A DNA stretch of 64,000 nucleotides from an uncultured cyanobacterium (GCA_963744145.1 CAVUSO010000001.1:4832001-4896000), one strand, 5' to 3'. Shown: positions 1 to 9,986, counted from the stretch's first letter. Numbers and translations are program-made. The notes: generated from the sequence alone by a model not told the origin.

Positions 1-500
1 CTTTTGGTGTTCTTTATGCCCATGCTTATTATCCCTCTAGTGATGTGAGTATATCTGGTGGTACAGGGAGTTTATTTGCGATCGCACCCTTTGGTTCAAG
101 ACCAACTTCAGCAGATGAAGTAGGTGGACAATTACAATTAAGACCGACTCCTAAATTGTATTTAGGGGGATGGTATGGAGCTTTCTTTGCTCAAGATGCC
201 AAAATTTCTAGTCAGTCAGCAACTGTGATGACTGGATCGGTTTATATTGCTTTAAAAGATCTAGGGAAAAAGGGTGCTTTAGCGACTCTATTAGTTGGTG
301 TACCACCGAAAGTAACTGACACCACTCTTAGTGCCCGTAAAGATAAGGATACCTCAATTCATCTTGAAGGATGGTATCGTTATCCAGTCAACGATCACCT
401 TTTCCTTACTCCTGGAATGTTTGCTATTTTCAATCCTGAGCATAATAACAAGAATGATACTGAAATAGTGGGCGCACTTCGGGCTACCTTTAAGTTTTAG
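1..500 (+). CDS. Cyanobacterial porin (OprB/SomA-like), C-terminal part; 5' end outside the window
   Basis: Frame is open from the window start; motifs GVPPKVT, HLEGWYRYPVNDHLFLTPG and a terminal beta-strand GALRATFKF ending in Phe. Confidence 0.85.
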   Translation, partial: FGVLYAHAYYPSSDVSISGGTGSLFAIAPFGSRPTSADEVGGQLQLRPTPKLYLGGWYGAFFAQDAKISSQSATVMTGSVYIALKDLGKKGALATLLVGVPPKVTDTTLSARKDKDTSIHLEGWYRYPVNDHLFLTPGMFAIFNPEHNNKNDTEIVGALRATFKF

Positions 501-559
501 GGAATATCACTTAGGGGAATGGGAACAGACAAGATGTCCGTTCCACAAGAAAATGACTG

Positions 560-590
560 GGAAGGGCAAAATGCCCTTCCTATTTATTTT
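560..590 (+). terminator. Probable intrinsic terminator after the porin
   Basis: GGAAGGGCA-aaa-TGCCCTTCC hairpin followed by TATTTATTTT. Confidence 0.55.
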
Positions 591-594
591 AACA

Positions 595-927
595 TCAGTT
601 TCACGAGTATATCAGTGTTGTCTGTGATGTGAGATATAGTGAGTTCATTAAGGTGATCTGTGGGGCAGGGCGGGTTTATTAAGGTTATTTGTATGTGGCA
701 AATTAATCGGTGAACCCGCCCCTACAGGTGATCAACCAGGATCTGGGATTGTTTACCAAAAAGTCGATGAATTTATGATGACAATCAACCAGGATTTGTA
801 GGGGCAGGTTCACCAATCAATTCTGATCCAAACAGATCACGGACAGGCAAGATGCCTGTCCCACTCATAAACCTGCCCAACCAAACGAGATAACTGACTG
901 TACTTCATTAACAGGTCATCCGCTGTA
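595..927. mobile_element. MITE-like element carrying an inverted GTAG-REP doublet (copy 1; left end degenerate)
   Basis: Strong similarity to 2674-3048 and to 20445-20604 + 22849-23072; right end GTACTTCATTAACAGGTCATCCGCTG-TA; nested hairpin GGACAGGCAAGATGCCTGTCC. Confidence 0.75.
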
Positions 928-979
928 TTCTCTATCAACTATTTGTACACCTTTTGAGCTAATGGGAGATTAAATAATT

Positions 980-1168
980 ATGTGGCACGATGAAGTCTTA
1001 GCAGAAATTTACAAATACCGAGAAGAGTACGCTAAATCCTTTGATTACAATTTACACGCGATCGTTGAAGATTTAGAAAAAAAACAAGCTGCTAGTGGCA
1101 GGCAAATTATTTTCACACCGATCGTCAAACCTACTCAGCAAGAAAACAAATCTTTAGCTGAAGCTTAA
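980..1168 (+). CDS. Small conserved cyanobacterial protein, putative orphan antitoxin-like
   Basis: 62 aa, MWHDEVLAEIYKYREEYAKSFDYNLHAIVEDL pattern; GGAG upstream. Confidence 0.55.
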   Translation: MWHDEVLAEIYKYREEYAKSFDYNLHAIVEDLEKKQAASGRQIIFTPIVKPTQQENKSLAEA

Positions 1169-1256
1169 AGTTACGTCCTGTTCGGGTTGATCTATAATTT
1201 TATAGAGACGATTCAGTAACATAACTGTTGAAAAGTAAGTTGAGTTTTAACTGTCC

Positions 1257-1808
1257 ATGTCACAAACAAATCTAGAGACCGTACTGCATATTCTCCAGTC
1301 TTTGGGACACGAGCAGTATGGGGGAGAACCCGTCAGTCAATTAGAACACGCTTTACAATGTGCTAGTCTGGCTCAAGATCAGGGAGCAGATCCGGAACTT
1401 ATTACAGCTTGTTTGTTCCATGATTTGGGGCATTTAGTGTCTAAATTAGGGGAAAATGCCGCAGTACAGGGTTATGATAATCGTCATGAATATATAGTCA
1501 TTCCCTGGTTAAAAGACCTATTTTCAAGTAAGGTAATTGAACCAATTCGTCTTCATGTCCAAGCCAAACGTTATCTTTGTTTAGTAAAACCTGGTTATTA
1601 CTCAGAATTATCAGCTGCGTCTCAACAAAGTTTAGCATTGCAAGGAGGAATATTTTCTGTAGCCGAAGCTGAGGATTTTATTAAGTTACCTGATGCAGAA
1701 AATGCAATTCAACTGCGATTATGGGATGAGCAAGCTAAGGTTCCTGGAAAAATAATTCCTACTTTGCATGATTTTATTCCTATCGTTCATGGTAGTATAT
1801 TAGTGTAG
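1257..1808 (+). CDS. phnZ: HD-domain phosphonate-degradation oxygenase (PhnZ-like)
   Basis: YGGEPVSQLEHALQCA, LFHDLGH, HE, LHVQAKRYLC, SLALQGG and LRLWDEQAK motifs. Confidence 0.8.
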   Translation: MSQTNLETVLHILQSLGHEQYGGEPVSQLEHALQCASLAQDQGADPELITACLFHDLGHLVSKLGENAAVQGYDNRHEYIVIPWLKDLFSSKVIEPIRLHVQAKRYLCLVKPGYYSELSAASQQSLALQGGIFSVAEAEDFIKLPDAENAIQLRLWDEQAKVPGKIIPTLHDFIPIVHGSILV

Positions 1809-1902
1809 ATTGTCATTAATAGGTCTCGCTAATCCTCGTCAAAAATGGGCTTTCGCATTTCGGCCCAGTAGCGATCGCATTAACAAGAGAGAATTACATT
1901 AC

Positions 1903-2301
1903 CTAGGGAATAAAAAGCCTGCCAACGCCCATATAGCTATCTATATTGATGACAATCTCCACCAAACGATCAACACATTGCTCTCGATACTCAGTCTCAT
2001 CTATACGACTCATATCTCCAATCGTCACAATCGGAAAAGAACCCAAAGAATTATGATCGCGCATTACCTGCTCCAAAGAATCTTTACCCTTCATATTGCG
2101 ATTGGCAGTCAAAACCATCATTTGATTTGCTTGAGCATAATCCCAAACTACGAGATCGCTGCTATTTTTTGATAAACCAGCCTCCCTAAAAGTGACAAAC
2201 TCAATATTAATTAGATCCAGCCAACCACGCTTAATCAAAATGCCAAGCAGCACAACGGCATAGCCATCTAAATTAAAATCAACCAAAAAATTCACGCCCA
2301 A
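1903..2301 (-). CDS. DUF5615 PIN-like toxin
   Basis: N-terminal FLVDFNL, SDLVVWDYAQANQMMVLTANR, C-terminal GRLFIP; overlaps the DUF433 gene. Confidence 0.75.
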   Translation of the reverse strand: MGVNFLVDFNLDGYAVVLLGILIKRGWLDLINIEFVTFREAGLSKNSSDLVVWDYAQANQMMVLTANRNMKGKDSLEQVMRDHNSLGSFPIVTIGDMSRIDETEYREQCVDRLVEIVINIDSYMGVGRLFIP

Positions 2302-2660
2302 ATCAAACTACGCTCCTTTTTTTGCTGCTCCAATCTTGCTAAAAGCTCCAATTGTGAAGCAGTGCGTGGCTTAGTTCTAATTCGCTCAAAATGTTCACGA
2401 TTTTTATCTTGCCAATATTGATAAATCTCCTCCCGCGTTTTCAATATCTCTTGATATTCAGCTTCCACCTCAACAGGATGATCCGAAATATAAACCAAAG
2501 CCACATTGATCTCCTCATCCGTCAAATTAAAGCGATCGCGGATCAACTTCGGCGGATAATCAGCCCTGAGTAAATCCATCACATCATACAAAGAGATCCG
2601 AGAACCAGAAATAGTTAGTCCCCGCTCAGTCCGAATAATATTTAGCTCTTGATTAGTCAT
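2292..2660 (-). CDS. DUF433 antitoxin
   Basis: IIRTERGLTISGSRISLYDVMD...LTDEEINVALVY. Confidence 0.85.
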   Translation of the reverse strand: MTNQELNIIRTERGLTISGSRISLYDVMDLLRADYPPKLIRDRFNLTDEEINVALVYISDHPVEVEAEYQEILKTREEIYQYWQDKNREHFERIRTKPRTASQLELLARLEQQKKERSLIWA

Positions 2661-2673
2661 TGCGTCTCACGGT

Positions 2674-3048
2674 TATTGTCTATGACCTGTTTATGAAGTA
2701 TAGCAGTGTTATCTGTAATGCTAGATGGGTTAGGTTCATCAAGGTGATCTGTGAGGCGGGGCGGGTTCATCAAGGTTATTTGTGTGTGGCAGATTTAACG
2801 GTGAACCCGCCCCTACAGGTAATAAATATGTTTGGATCTGGGATTATTTACCAAAAAATCGATAAAATCGATGAATTGATGATGACAATCAACCAGGATT
2901 TGTAGGGGCGGGTTCACCGATCAATTTTGTGACAAATCGATCACTATCCTAAACCCGCCCAACCAACACAGATCACTCATAATCACAATAAATGATCACC
3001 ATTCATATAAAATCTTAATGTACTTCATCAACTAAGGAATATACTGTA
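2674..3048. mobile_element. MITE-like element with inverted GTAG-REP doublet (copy 2)
   Basis: Imperfect terminal inverted repeats (TA..ATGACCTGTTTATGAAGTA / TACTTCATCAACTAAGGAATATACTG-TA); internal GGTGAACCCGCCCCTAC ... GTAGGGGCGGGTTCACC. Confidence 0.8.
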
Positions 3049-3057
3049 ATCTCATCC

Positions 3058-4164
3058 TTAAGCATCTGAGCCGATCGCGATCGCCCTCTGATTAGCTATA
3101 ATTGCTTCTGACCATCGACCTAATTTTTGTAAAGCAATCCCTTTATTCACCCAAGCATCTTGGAGATCCGGTTTCAATTCTAAAGCTTGATCCCAACTTC
3201 CGATCGCTTCTTCCCATTTTTCTAACATTCCGAAGGCTAAACCCCGATTAAACCATATTTCCCAGTCCTCTGGTTTAAATTCTAGTGCTCGCTCCCAACT
3301 CTTAATCGCTTCTTCCCATTTTTCTGAATTTGCTAGAGCTAAAGCTCGGTTTGACCAAGTATCTGGTTGCTGAGATTCCAATGCTAAAGCTTGATCATAA
3401 CTCGCGATCGCTTCCTCAATCCGATGCAGATCGAATAACACATCACCGCGATTATTCCAAACTATCAAGAAATCTGGTTTAATCGATAAGGCATGATCGT
3501 AAGCAGTCACCGCTTCACTCAAACGACCACAATGAGATAATACCGTGCCTAAATTTGTCCAAGCTCGGTGATCGTAAATATTTAACTCAACTACATGATT
3601 AAATGATTCTAACGCTCCCTCATAATCTTGATGATCAAGTTGCTCTACTCCCAGCTTAAACCAATCATCAGCACTTTCTGGGGGACGATCGCTTTTTTCT
3701 GCTGGGACAGAATCTGTCGGTGGTTCTGTAACTAGGTCAGTTTCTGAAATTGGGACAACTCTTGCTAATAATTCCGTCCCCATTTTATGGACACTAACTG
3801 CGATCGCTTCGGTGGATGGTAGGGAATGGGCATTTTCACTTAATTGTAACAAGCGTCTGGCTAATTCATGATTCGGTACGGGAGAAGCCATTAATTTTTG
3901 GTCAAACCGCTCCAACCACCCTAACCAATCGGTCATGGTAGCACGATACTTCAGCTCTTGAAAAAACCGGGCAATTTGGACCCGATCCCAACCTTGATTC
4001 ACTCCTTCAAGCAGTTGTAAGAAATAATGTTCATATTCAATTTCGCTCAAGGGTGGTGCTGGTGATGCTGGTCCTGATGCTAGTTCGACTGATAGATGGT
4101 TTCTCCACATCCCTAACAATCTTTGGAAGAGCTGTTTCAACCATTGCCAAATCTGTCGAACCAT
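3058..4164 (-). CDS. Tetratricopeptide repeat protein
   Basis: Multiple TPRs (W.NRG..L..L...EEAI.S.D.AL...PD) in the C-terminal half. Confidence 0.9.
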   Translation of the reverse strand: MVRQIWQWLKQLFQRLLGMWRNHLSVELASGPASPAPPLSEIEYEHYFLQLLEGVNQGWDRVQIARFFQELKYRATMTDWLGWLERFDQKLMASPVPNHELARRLLQLSENAHSLPSTEAIAVSVHKMGTELLARVVPISETDLVTEPPTDSVPAEKSDRPPESADDWFKLGVEQLDHQDYEGALESFNHVVELNIYDHRAWTNLGTVLSHCGRLSEAVTAYDHALSIKPDFLIVWNNRGDVLFDLHRIEEAIASYDQALALESQQPDTWSNRALALANSEKWEEAIKSWERALEFKPEDWEIWFNRGLAFGMLEKWEEAIGSWDQALELKPDLQDAWVNKGIALQKLGRWSEAIIANQRAIAIGSDA

Positions 4165-4201
4165 GTATACTCCTGCATCTACCTACTTAAAATCTAAATT
4201 A

Positions 4202-4636
4202 TCAGAATTGTCCCGTTAAAGGATCACCTTTTACTGGTATTTTCGGGGGTGAAGTCTTCGGAGGAGGTGGAGTTTGAGATAACCCATGATCATTCGATGT
4301 TGGTTTGGGCACAATTTCCATATTCCGACGATATTCTTGTAGTTTAGCAAGTTCTTCTTGGTAAACTGCAAAAATTTTTGTTAAACTAACTGCAACTGCT
4401 TCCCAGCTTTCATCTTCAGCCAAACTGGTAGCAATTCCACGAAGGATTTCACTCCGCTCATTTTTTTGGACATAACTTTTTAGCCGATCGCTTGATTTAG
4501 CTAAAGCAGCTTCATATACTTCTCCATCTGACCACCATAATCCTGGTTGAGTTAGCAACCATGTTAATATATACTCTTCTGCGTGTTGTTGTTTGACCCA
4601 GGTAGCAAGCTGCTTTAATTCTTCCATTATCTGCAC
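4202..4636 (-). CDS. Hypothetical protein with Pro-rich tail
   Basis: 144-aa ORF co-oriented between the PP2C regulator and the TPR gene. Confidence 0.65.
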   Translation of the reverse strand: MQIMEELKQLATWVKQQHAEEYILTWLLTQPGLWWSDGEVYEAALAKSSDRLKSYVQKNERSEILRGIATSLAEDESWEAVAVSLTKIFAVYQEELAKLQEYRRNMEIVPKPTSNDHGLSQTPPPPKTSPPKIPVKGDPLTGQF

Positions 4637-4679
4637 ATCCTAATTTTTCCATTAACTTTATTATTCATGTTCCCATTAG

Positions 4680-5807
4680 TCAAATAAAATTGACTTCTAA
4701 TAATGACAAATCATCATCAAAAAATTCCTTGCCATTTTTGATTTGCACAAATTGTAAAATTTCGGCTAAGTTACATTTATTTTGCTGACTGAATTCTACC
4801 AGTAAATTAATGAAAGCATCTAGACCCCACACATTTCCATCTGGTTGATGTAATTCGTAAATCCCATCACTAAAAACATACAGAGTGCTACCAGTTTCTA
4901 CGTGACAAGTATCCTCCACAAAATTAGTATCAGGAAACATTCCCACTGCTAAACAAGGTGTTTTTAACCGTTTTGCAGCTTTAGCATTTTTCGATAGTAG
5001 CACCGCTGGAGGGTGTCCAGCACTAGCATAAACAAGTTGTTTTTTATGACGGTGATAGACCCCATACCAAATGGTAAAATAAGTATCATTCCTGACACTG
5101 GTTTGGAAGGTTTGGTTTAAAGCTCTCAGCACATCGCTGGGTTGATGGTAATTAATATTCCGTAGCGATCGCGATCGCAACAGATTTAAAACCGAAATGG
5201 AAGGTAATGCTGCTTTTAACCCATGTCCAGCCACATCAAGCAAATAAATTGCTAAAGAATCATGATCTAACCAAAAATAATCAAACCCATCCCCACCTAA
5301 ACGACTCGAAGGAATAAAACGAGCATCAGTTTTCACTATTTTCGTTAAAGGGTCGGGGAGCAGCGATCGCACATATTCAGCTGCTTCACTAAATTCGGCT
5401 TCCATGATTTCTTTTTGGGTTTGCAGATCCAAAGCTAATTGATGCAATCTTAATCCAGCTCGGACCCTTGCCTGCAATTCATTCATTTCAATCGGTTTAG
5501 AAATAAAATCATCGGCACCAGCATCCAGACCATTAACTCGATCTGCTACAGAATCAAGAGAAGTTAGTAAAATAAAGAAAGTAGTTGATAAATCCGGTTC
5601 TGATTTAACTTGCCGACAAACTTCTATCCCATTCAACCTTGGCATCATCCAATCACAAATAATTAATGCAGGTTGTAATTGTCGGGCTTTAACTAAACCT
5701 TCTTCGCCATTACTAGCTACAGTAACAGCATAGCCTTGTTTTTTGAATGTTCGCTCTAGTAAAACCTGAACCATCAAGTCGTCATCAATAACCAGAATTT
5801 CAAACAT
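4680..5807 (-). CDS. Response regulator receiver + SpoIIE/PP2C phosphatase (RsbU-like)
   Basis: ILVIDDD, CDWMMP, DDFISKP receiver motifs; GGDGFD, DVAGHG, FSDGIYE, DDLSLL phosphatase motifs. Confidence 0.92.
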   Translation of the reverse strand: MFEILVIDDDLMVQVLLERTFKKQGYAVTVASNGEEGLVKARQLQPALIICDWMMPRLNGIEVCRQVKSEPDLSTTFFILLTSLDSVADRVNGLDAGADDFISKPIEMNELQARVRAGLRLHQLALDLQTQKEIMEAEFSEAAEYVRSLLPDPLTKIVKTDARFIPSSRLGGDGFDYFWLDHDSLAIYLLDVAGHGLKAALPSISVLNLLRSRSLRNINYHQPSDVLRALNQTFQTSVRNDTYFTIWYGVYHRHKKQLVYASAGHPPAVLLSKNAKAAKRLKTPCLAVGMFPDTNFVEDTCHVETGSTLYVFSDGIYELHQPDGNVWGLDAFINLLVEFSQQNKCNLAEILQFVQIKNGKEFFDDDLSLLEVNFI

Positions 5808-6492
5808 GGGATCGAGTTACTACAAATCCTTATAAGTTGGAAGGGCTAAACCAATCTAGTTCCAGCTAGTCTGAATTTAGATTCGTTGGCAATCACCAGT
5901 GCTAAAAATACCTTTTAGAGAGAAATATGTTAGATGGCAATACTCCATTAGATTCATTTTAACTAAATAACATTAAACTTTGGTCATCGCGTCTACCTGG
6001 TGCCGATGGTCGGGACATCGGTCGTCGTCAGCATCTGTCCAGTCCCAGCTCAACCTAGAAGCGAGTTATTCAGGGACAACCTGGGTGGGTACATCTTTGC
6101 CAAACCGTTTAAAATTACTATTGGTAATCATCCTGTGCTAATTTTTACTAACCTGATAATGCAATTTTAAAACGGTTACTAGGATTTTGTCTGGTAAGTT
6201 CCTCACATTAACATCAGAAACATTCTACTCAATTATTATCAAGGTTTTTCAGGATGTGCCCTAGGCGACAGAATGGACTAAAAAGATAGTGCTAGTATTA
6301 CTTAGTAACTTCAATTCAGCTAGTCCCACATTAATTTTTTATTTTTTTTTCTAGTTTATTTGCCACTTGTAATTTAATTATAATGTTTGGCCCAAAATAA
6401 AAGAGAAAGAGGGACGAAGATGAGCATCACTTTAATACAGGCTGACTCAATCTCAATTTTAATTTAATGCTGTTTGGGAGGATATAAAACAA

Positions 6493-6660
6493 ATGACTCA
6501 AGAAAGCAAGATTTGCCCATGCTGTGGAGGTTCCCAATTACTCCGTCATGCTCGTCCGGGAGGTTTATATTGGTTATGTATGTCCTGTCGAGAGGAAGTG
6601 TTACCCTTCATTATCAGTCAAGAACATCGTCCCACTTTGGTGAATATGGTGCCTGATTAA
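6493..6660 (+). CDS. Small zinc-ribbon-like protein (55 aa), absent from the ORF track
   Basis: Manual translation MTQESKICPCCGGSQLLRHARPGGLYWLCMSCREEVLPFIISQEHRPTLVNMVPD; CPCC and CxxC motifs; GGAGG upstream. Confidence 0.75.
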   Translation: MTQESKICPCCGGSQLLRHARPGGLYWLCMSCREEVLPFIISQEHRPTLVNMVPD

Positions 6661-6744
6661 ATTAATCCCATGGTGTAAGGATTTTCTACCAATGTTCGAT
6701 CCCTAGTTCATAATAATAGGGATCGTATTTTCGTTTAATCGCTT

Positions 6745-7809
6745 GTGTTAGCAGCATTACTGTACGGACAAAAAGATTTACGTCTAGAAATTGTCGCTGA
6801 CCCCACTCCCGATGTTGGAGAAGTGGTGATCCAAGTAGCAACAGCTACCACCTGTGGGACAGATTTAAAAGTTTGGCGTCGTGGGGGTCATGCGAAAATG
6901 TTGCGTCCACCGACGCTATTTGGTCATGAAGCTTCAGGCAAAATTGTAGCATTGGGAGCGAGTGTAACTGGTTGGCAAATTGGCGATCGCGTAGTAGCAA
7001 ATAATTCAGCTCCTTGTCTGAATTGTTTTTTTTGTCGTCATCAAGAATATTCCCTCTGTTCTCAGTTAACCTGGAATAATGGTACTTTCGCCGAATATCT
7101 TAAAATCCCTGCACCAATCGTCCAACAGAATTTATTACCAATTCCTGACCATTTACCTGATCCGATCGCCGCTCTCACCGAACCTTTAGCTTGTGTACTA
7201 CATGGAATCGCTCGCTCCCACATTCGGTCTGGAGATCGGGTAGTAGTGATCGGGGATGGTGCGATTGGACTAATGTTTGTGGCGGTACTAGCGGCTCAAG
7301 CAGTTGAGCATATAGGAGAGCAGGGGAATAAGCAAGTATTTTTATTTGGTGGCAATCATCAACGTCTAGAAATTGGGAAACATCTGGGTGCAACTCAAGT
7401 CTTCAATTATCATCAAATTGAGGATATCCCCATGATCGTTAAAGAATTAACAGAAGGTTGGGGAGCAGATGTCACCATTGAAGCAACCGGGATACCAACA
7501 GTCTGGGAAACCGCGATCGCGACAGTTCGTCCTGGTGGAACCGTAAATTTATTTGGTGGTTGTCCCAGGGATACTACCATTACCATCAATACTGAACTGC
7601 TTCACTATAGTGAACTTACCCTGAAAGGTGTGTTTCACAATACTCCTCAATATGTCAGAACCGCATTAAATCTGCTCGCTAGTCGCCAAATTCCCTTTGA
7701 ATTATTAATTAGTGAACAGAGACATTTAACCGATTTAGAACAGGTGTTTCAGGATATGAGCGATCGGAAAATTATTAAAGCTGCCATTATCCCGCAATCA
7801 ACGGTCTAA
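6745..7809 (+). CDS. Zinc-dependent alcohol dehydrogenase (MDR family)
   Basis: CGTD, GHE, C..C..C...C zinc cluster, GDGAIG Rossmann motif. Confidence 0.92.
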   Translation: MLAALLYGQKDLRLEIVADPTPDVGEVVIQVATATTCGTDLKVWRRGGHAKMLRPPTLFGHEASGKIVALGASVTGWQIGDRVVANNSAPCLNCFFCRHQEYSLCSQLTWNNGTFAEYLKIPAPIVQQNLLPIPDHLPDPIAALTEPLACVLHGIARSHIRSGDRVVVIGDGAIGLMFVAVLAAQAVEHIGEQGNKQVFLFGGNHQRLEIGKHLGATQVFNYHQIEDIPMIVKELTEGWGADVTIEATGIPTVWETAIATVRPGGTVNLFGGCPRDTTITINTELLHYSELTLKGVFHNTPQYVRTALNLLASRQIPFELLISEQRHLTDLEQVFQDMSDRKIIKAAIIPQSTV

Positions 7810-7861
7810 TCTTACTAGGAATATGGCATCTTAATTTTTCTCGCCAAACAGGAAAATCAAC

Positions 7862-8449
7862 ATGACTAAAAGTAGACAATGGTTAATCCTATCGGGAATA
7901 ATTTTATCGGAACTAACTGCTGGGAGTGTGTGGGCACTACCGGGTCAAAGTTCAAATGAGGTGGCAAGTTGGATTAAGAGTAACCCAAATTTAACACCTA
8001 ATGGTAATGAACGATTACAAATCCAGAAAAGAAATACTGCGGCCCAAGTATTCCAGTTTACCGCAGATTTATTCCCACCTGGGTATTTAACCGCATCAAA
8101 GGGTGATGTAATTCGGGCAGAACGGATGGAACTGTTTGATCAGATCAATGGAGTAGATCGTGATGGTCTAGAAGAAATCCTGAGAGAAATTTATGGTCAA
8201 GATATTTATCAAGATTATTATAATGCCCAGGTAGTTTATACTTATCCGAGTGCAGCCACAATTACACAAGCCATTAATCGACATACTCCACTATTAGCAG
8301 CAAGACAAGGAGAATTGCGTTCAGGAATCCGATATGCTTATTGGATTGAAATCGCTAAACCAGAGAAGGCTCAGGCAGTTACCGGAAAAATTGTGGTGTT
8401 TTTAAAAGAAGACCTCAACGATTTAGAAAGCTATCTACGCAATCGTTAA
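7862..8449 (+). CDS. Conserved secreted hypothetical protein
   Basis: Signal peptide ending VWA-LPGQ; RQGELR..YAYWIEIA. Confidence 0.75.
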   Translation: MTKSRQWLILSGIILSELTAGSVWALPGQSSNEVASWIKSNPNLTPNGNERLQIQKRNTAAQVFQFTADLFPPGYLTASKGDVIRAERMELFDQINGVDRDGLEEILREIYGQDIYQDYYNAQVVYTYPSAATITQAINRHTPLLAARQGELRSGIRYAYWIEIAKPEKAQAVTGKIVVFLKEDLNDLESYLRNR

Positions 8450-8796
8450 CTATGGTGAGAACTACCGACAAAAACATTTTGAACCGCGATCGAGATCCGA
8501 GTTAAATCTTCATTTAAAAGCGGGGGCCAATCAATGCCAGTTAAACGACCAAGCTCAAATAGTTGACGACTCTCATAAGCAAGGTTATGTAGGGCACAAA
8601 CTATGCGTCGATCTAAAGTAGGTTGTTCTCTGGTAGCTTCAAGCAAAAGTTTCAACGCTAACAATATTGATGTTACTTGACCAGGTATCGGCGCTTTTCC
8701 ACATTTAAGACGTGGGAGGAAATCGTCTGGATTTCGTTCCGTTAACAAAGCTGTTCCTTGGGTAATTAAAAAATTGCGGGCAGTTTCGTAGTTCAT
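8446..8796 (-). CDS. Conserved cyanobacterial hypothetical protein
   Basis: PIPGQVTSILLALK...WPPLL.EDL.RI motif. Confidence 0.75.
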   Translation of the reverse strand: MNYETARNFLITQGTALLTERNPDDFLPRLKCGKAPIPGQVTSILLALKLLLEATREQPTLDRRIVCALHNLAYESRQLFELGRLTGIDWPPLLNEDLTRISIAVQNVFVGSSHHS

Positions 8797-8978
8797 AGAT
8801 TTAAAAATTTAATTCTAGTCTTTTTCAACTTTTTTCTCTATAGAACCAATTTGACATCTTTTAAAAAGGGGTGGTTCTATAGCTGGATCAAGCTTAATTA
8901 TTTCAGAGCGATCGCTCCGGTGGCTTGATTAAACCGGAAATTTGGTCAGTTTCAGCGATCGCCAGGGGGGAAATTGGC

Positions 8979-9833
8979 TTAATTATGATGGGGAGTAAAT
9001 CTGGCCAAAAGTTCAGTCTGAGATAATTGATAGAGTAAGGGAACTAACTCATCGGTTGATAACTGAATCATTGGTTCAATCATCTGAGCCAGTTCTGGTT
9101 CTAAAGAGCCAAACCGAATCCGCAGCAAATTCTCTACCAATAAGCGTCGTTCCTGCAAACATCCTTCCAGTCGTCCTTCTTGTCGTCCTTCTTCTCGACC
9201 GACCTGCAAAATCTCCTGATAAATTACTGATTCTCGCATGGCATTCTCCTGAAATAATCGATGCAAAATTTGTTGATTAAACTTTAATCCCGCCAAGATT
9301 TGGATGTATGCGGATACTTCTCGTTGCTCTGTAACTGATTCTATTCTATCCACTTGTTGTGCCACTTGTGCTAGCAACTGTTCTGGTTGAGATGTGGCGG
9401 TTAATGCTGCTAAGGGTAGTAACGCTAGATCAGACAGAAATATCTTCGGGTCTTCTTCCCACAGTCGAATTACCCGATACTCATGGTAAGTTGTTCCGAA
9501 CACAAATGCCGTTTCAATTACTGTTCCTTCCCTGGGTGGTAGTAATAAAATTATGACTTGGATGATTGGTTTGCGGTATAACCGATATAGCCTGACCCAA
9601 TAATCTAGCATTCTTAATGGTAATGGTGGCTCTGATTCTAGTCTCACCTGGAATTCTAGATGTAAGATCCGGTCTGTGGTTTCCAGCAAGATCACGGAAT
9701 CGGCTCGAATTGGTTCGATACTCAGTTCGGTTTTTAAGACTTGCACGCTCGGTTGGGGTTCACCTAAAATCCAAGTGGCAAAAGCAGCTGGATATTTTTC
9801 GGCGATGAGTTTACATAGGTTATCAATGGACAT
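8979..9833 (-). CDS. Rpn-family recombination-promoting nuclease / PD-(D/E)XK putative transposase
   Basis: DNLCK, TELSIEPIRADS, HLEFQ, RMLDY, MRESVIYQEI..EGRQEG. Confidence 0.88.
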   Translation of the reverse strand: MSIDNLCKLIAEKYPAAFATWILGEPQPSVQVLKTELSIEPIRADSVILLETTDRILHLEFQVRLESEPPLPLRMLDYWVRLYRLYRKPIIQVIILLLPPREGTVIETAFVFGTTYHEYRVIRLWEEDPKIFLSDLALLPLAALTATSQPEQLLAQVAQQVDRIESVTEQREVSAYIQILAGLKFNQQILHRLFQENAMRESVIYQEILQVGREEGRQEGRLEGCLQERRLLVENLLRIRFGSLEPELAQMIEPMIQLSTDELVPLLYQLSQTELLARFTPHHN

Positions 9834-9986
9834 GATCGATGATGCTCTACTTGAGGAGCAGGCATTTTAGTCGATCGCTGCTGCTTCACGCAACTAGTTT
9901 GAGCGATCGCTTTCCCAGTTTCTCCCATATTTGTGAATCGCGATCGCCTCCTAGTTCGAGTTGATCGCGATCGGATGGGTGAGTTG

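Noticed and set aside
2660..2905. 81-aa ORF
   Set aside because: Lies almost wholly within the MITE/REP element
6474..6656. 60-aa ORF from the track
   Set aside because: The overlapping frame 6493-6660 has ATG, RBS and a Cys motif and is the more credible gene
8838..8882. CTATAGAACCA/TGGTTCTATAG inverted repeat
   Set aside because: Single short occurrence; cannot distinguish terminator, operator or MITE scar
9860..9980. HIP1 clusters here and at ~18075-18140
   Set aside because: HIP1 is genome-wide in many cyanobacteria, and these clusters show no periodic structure
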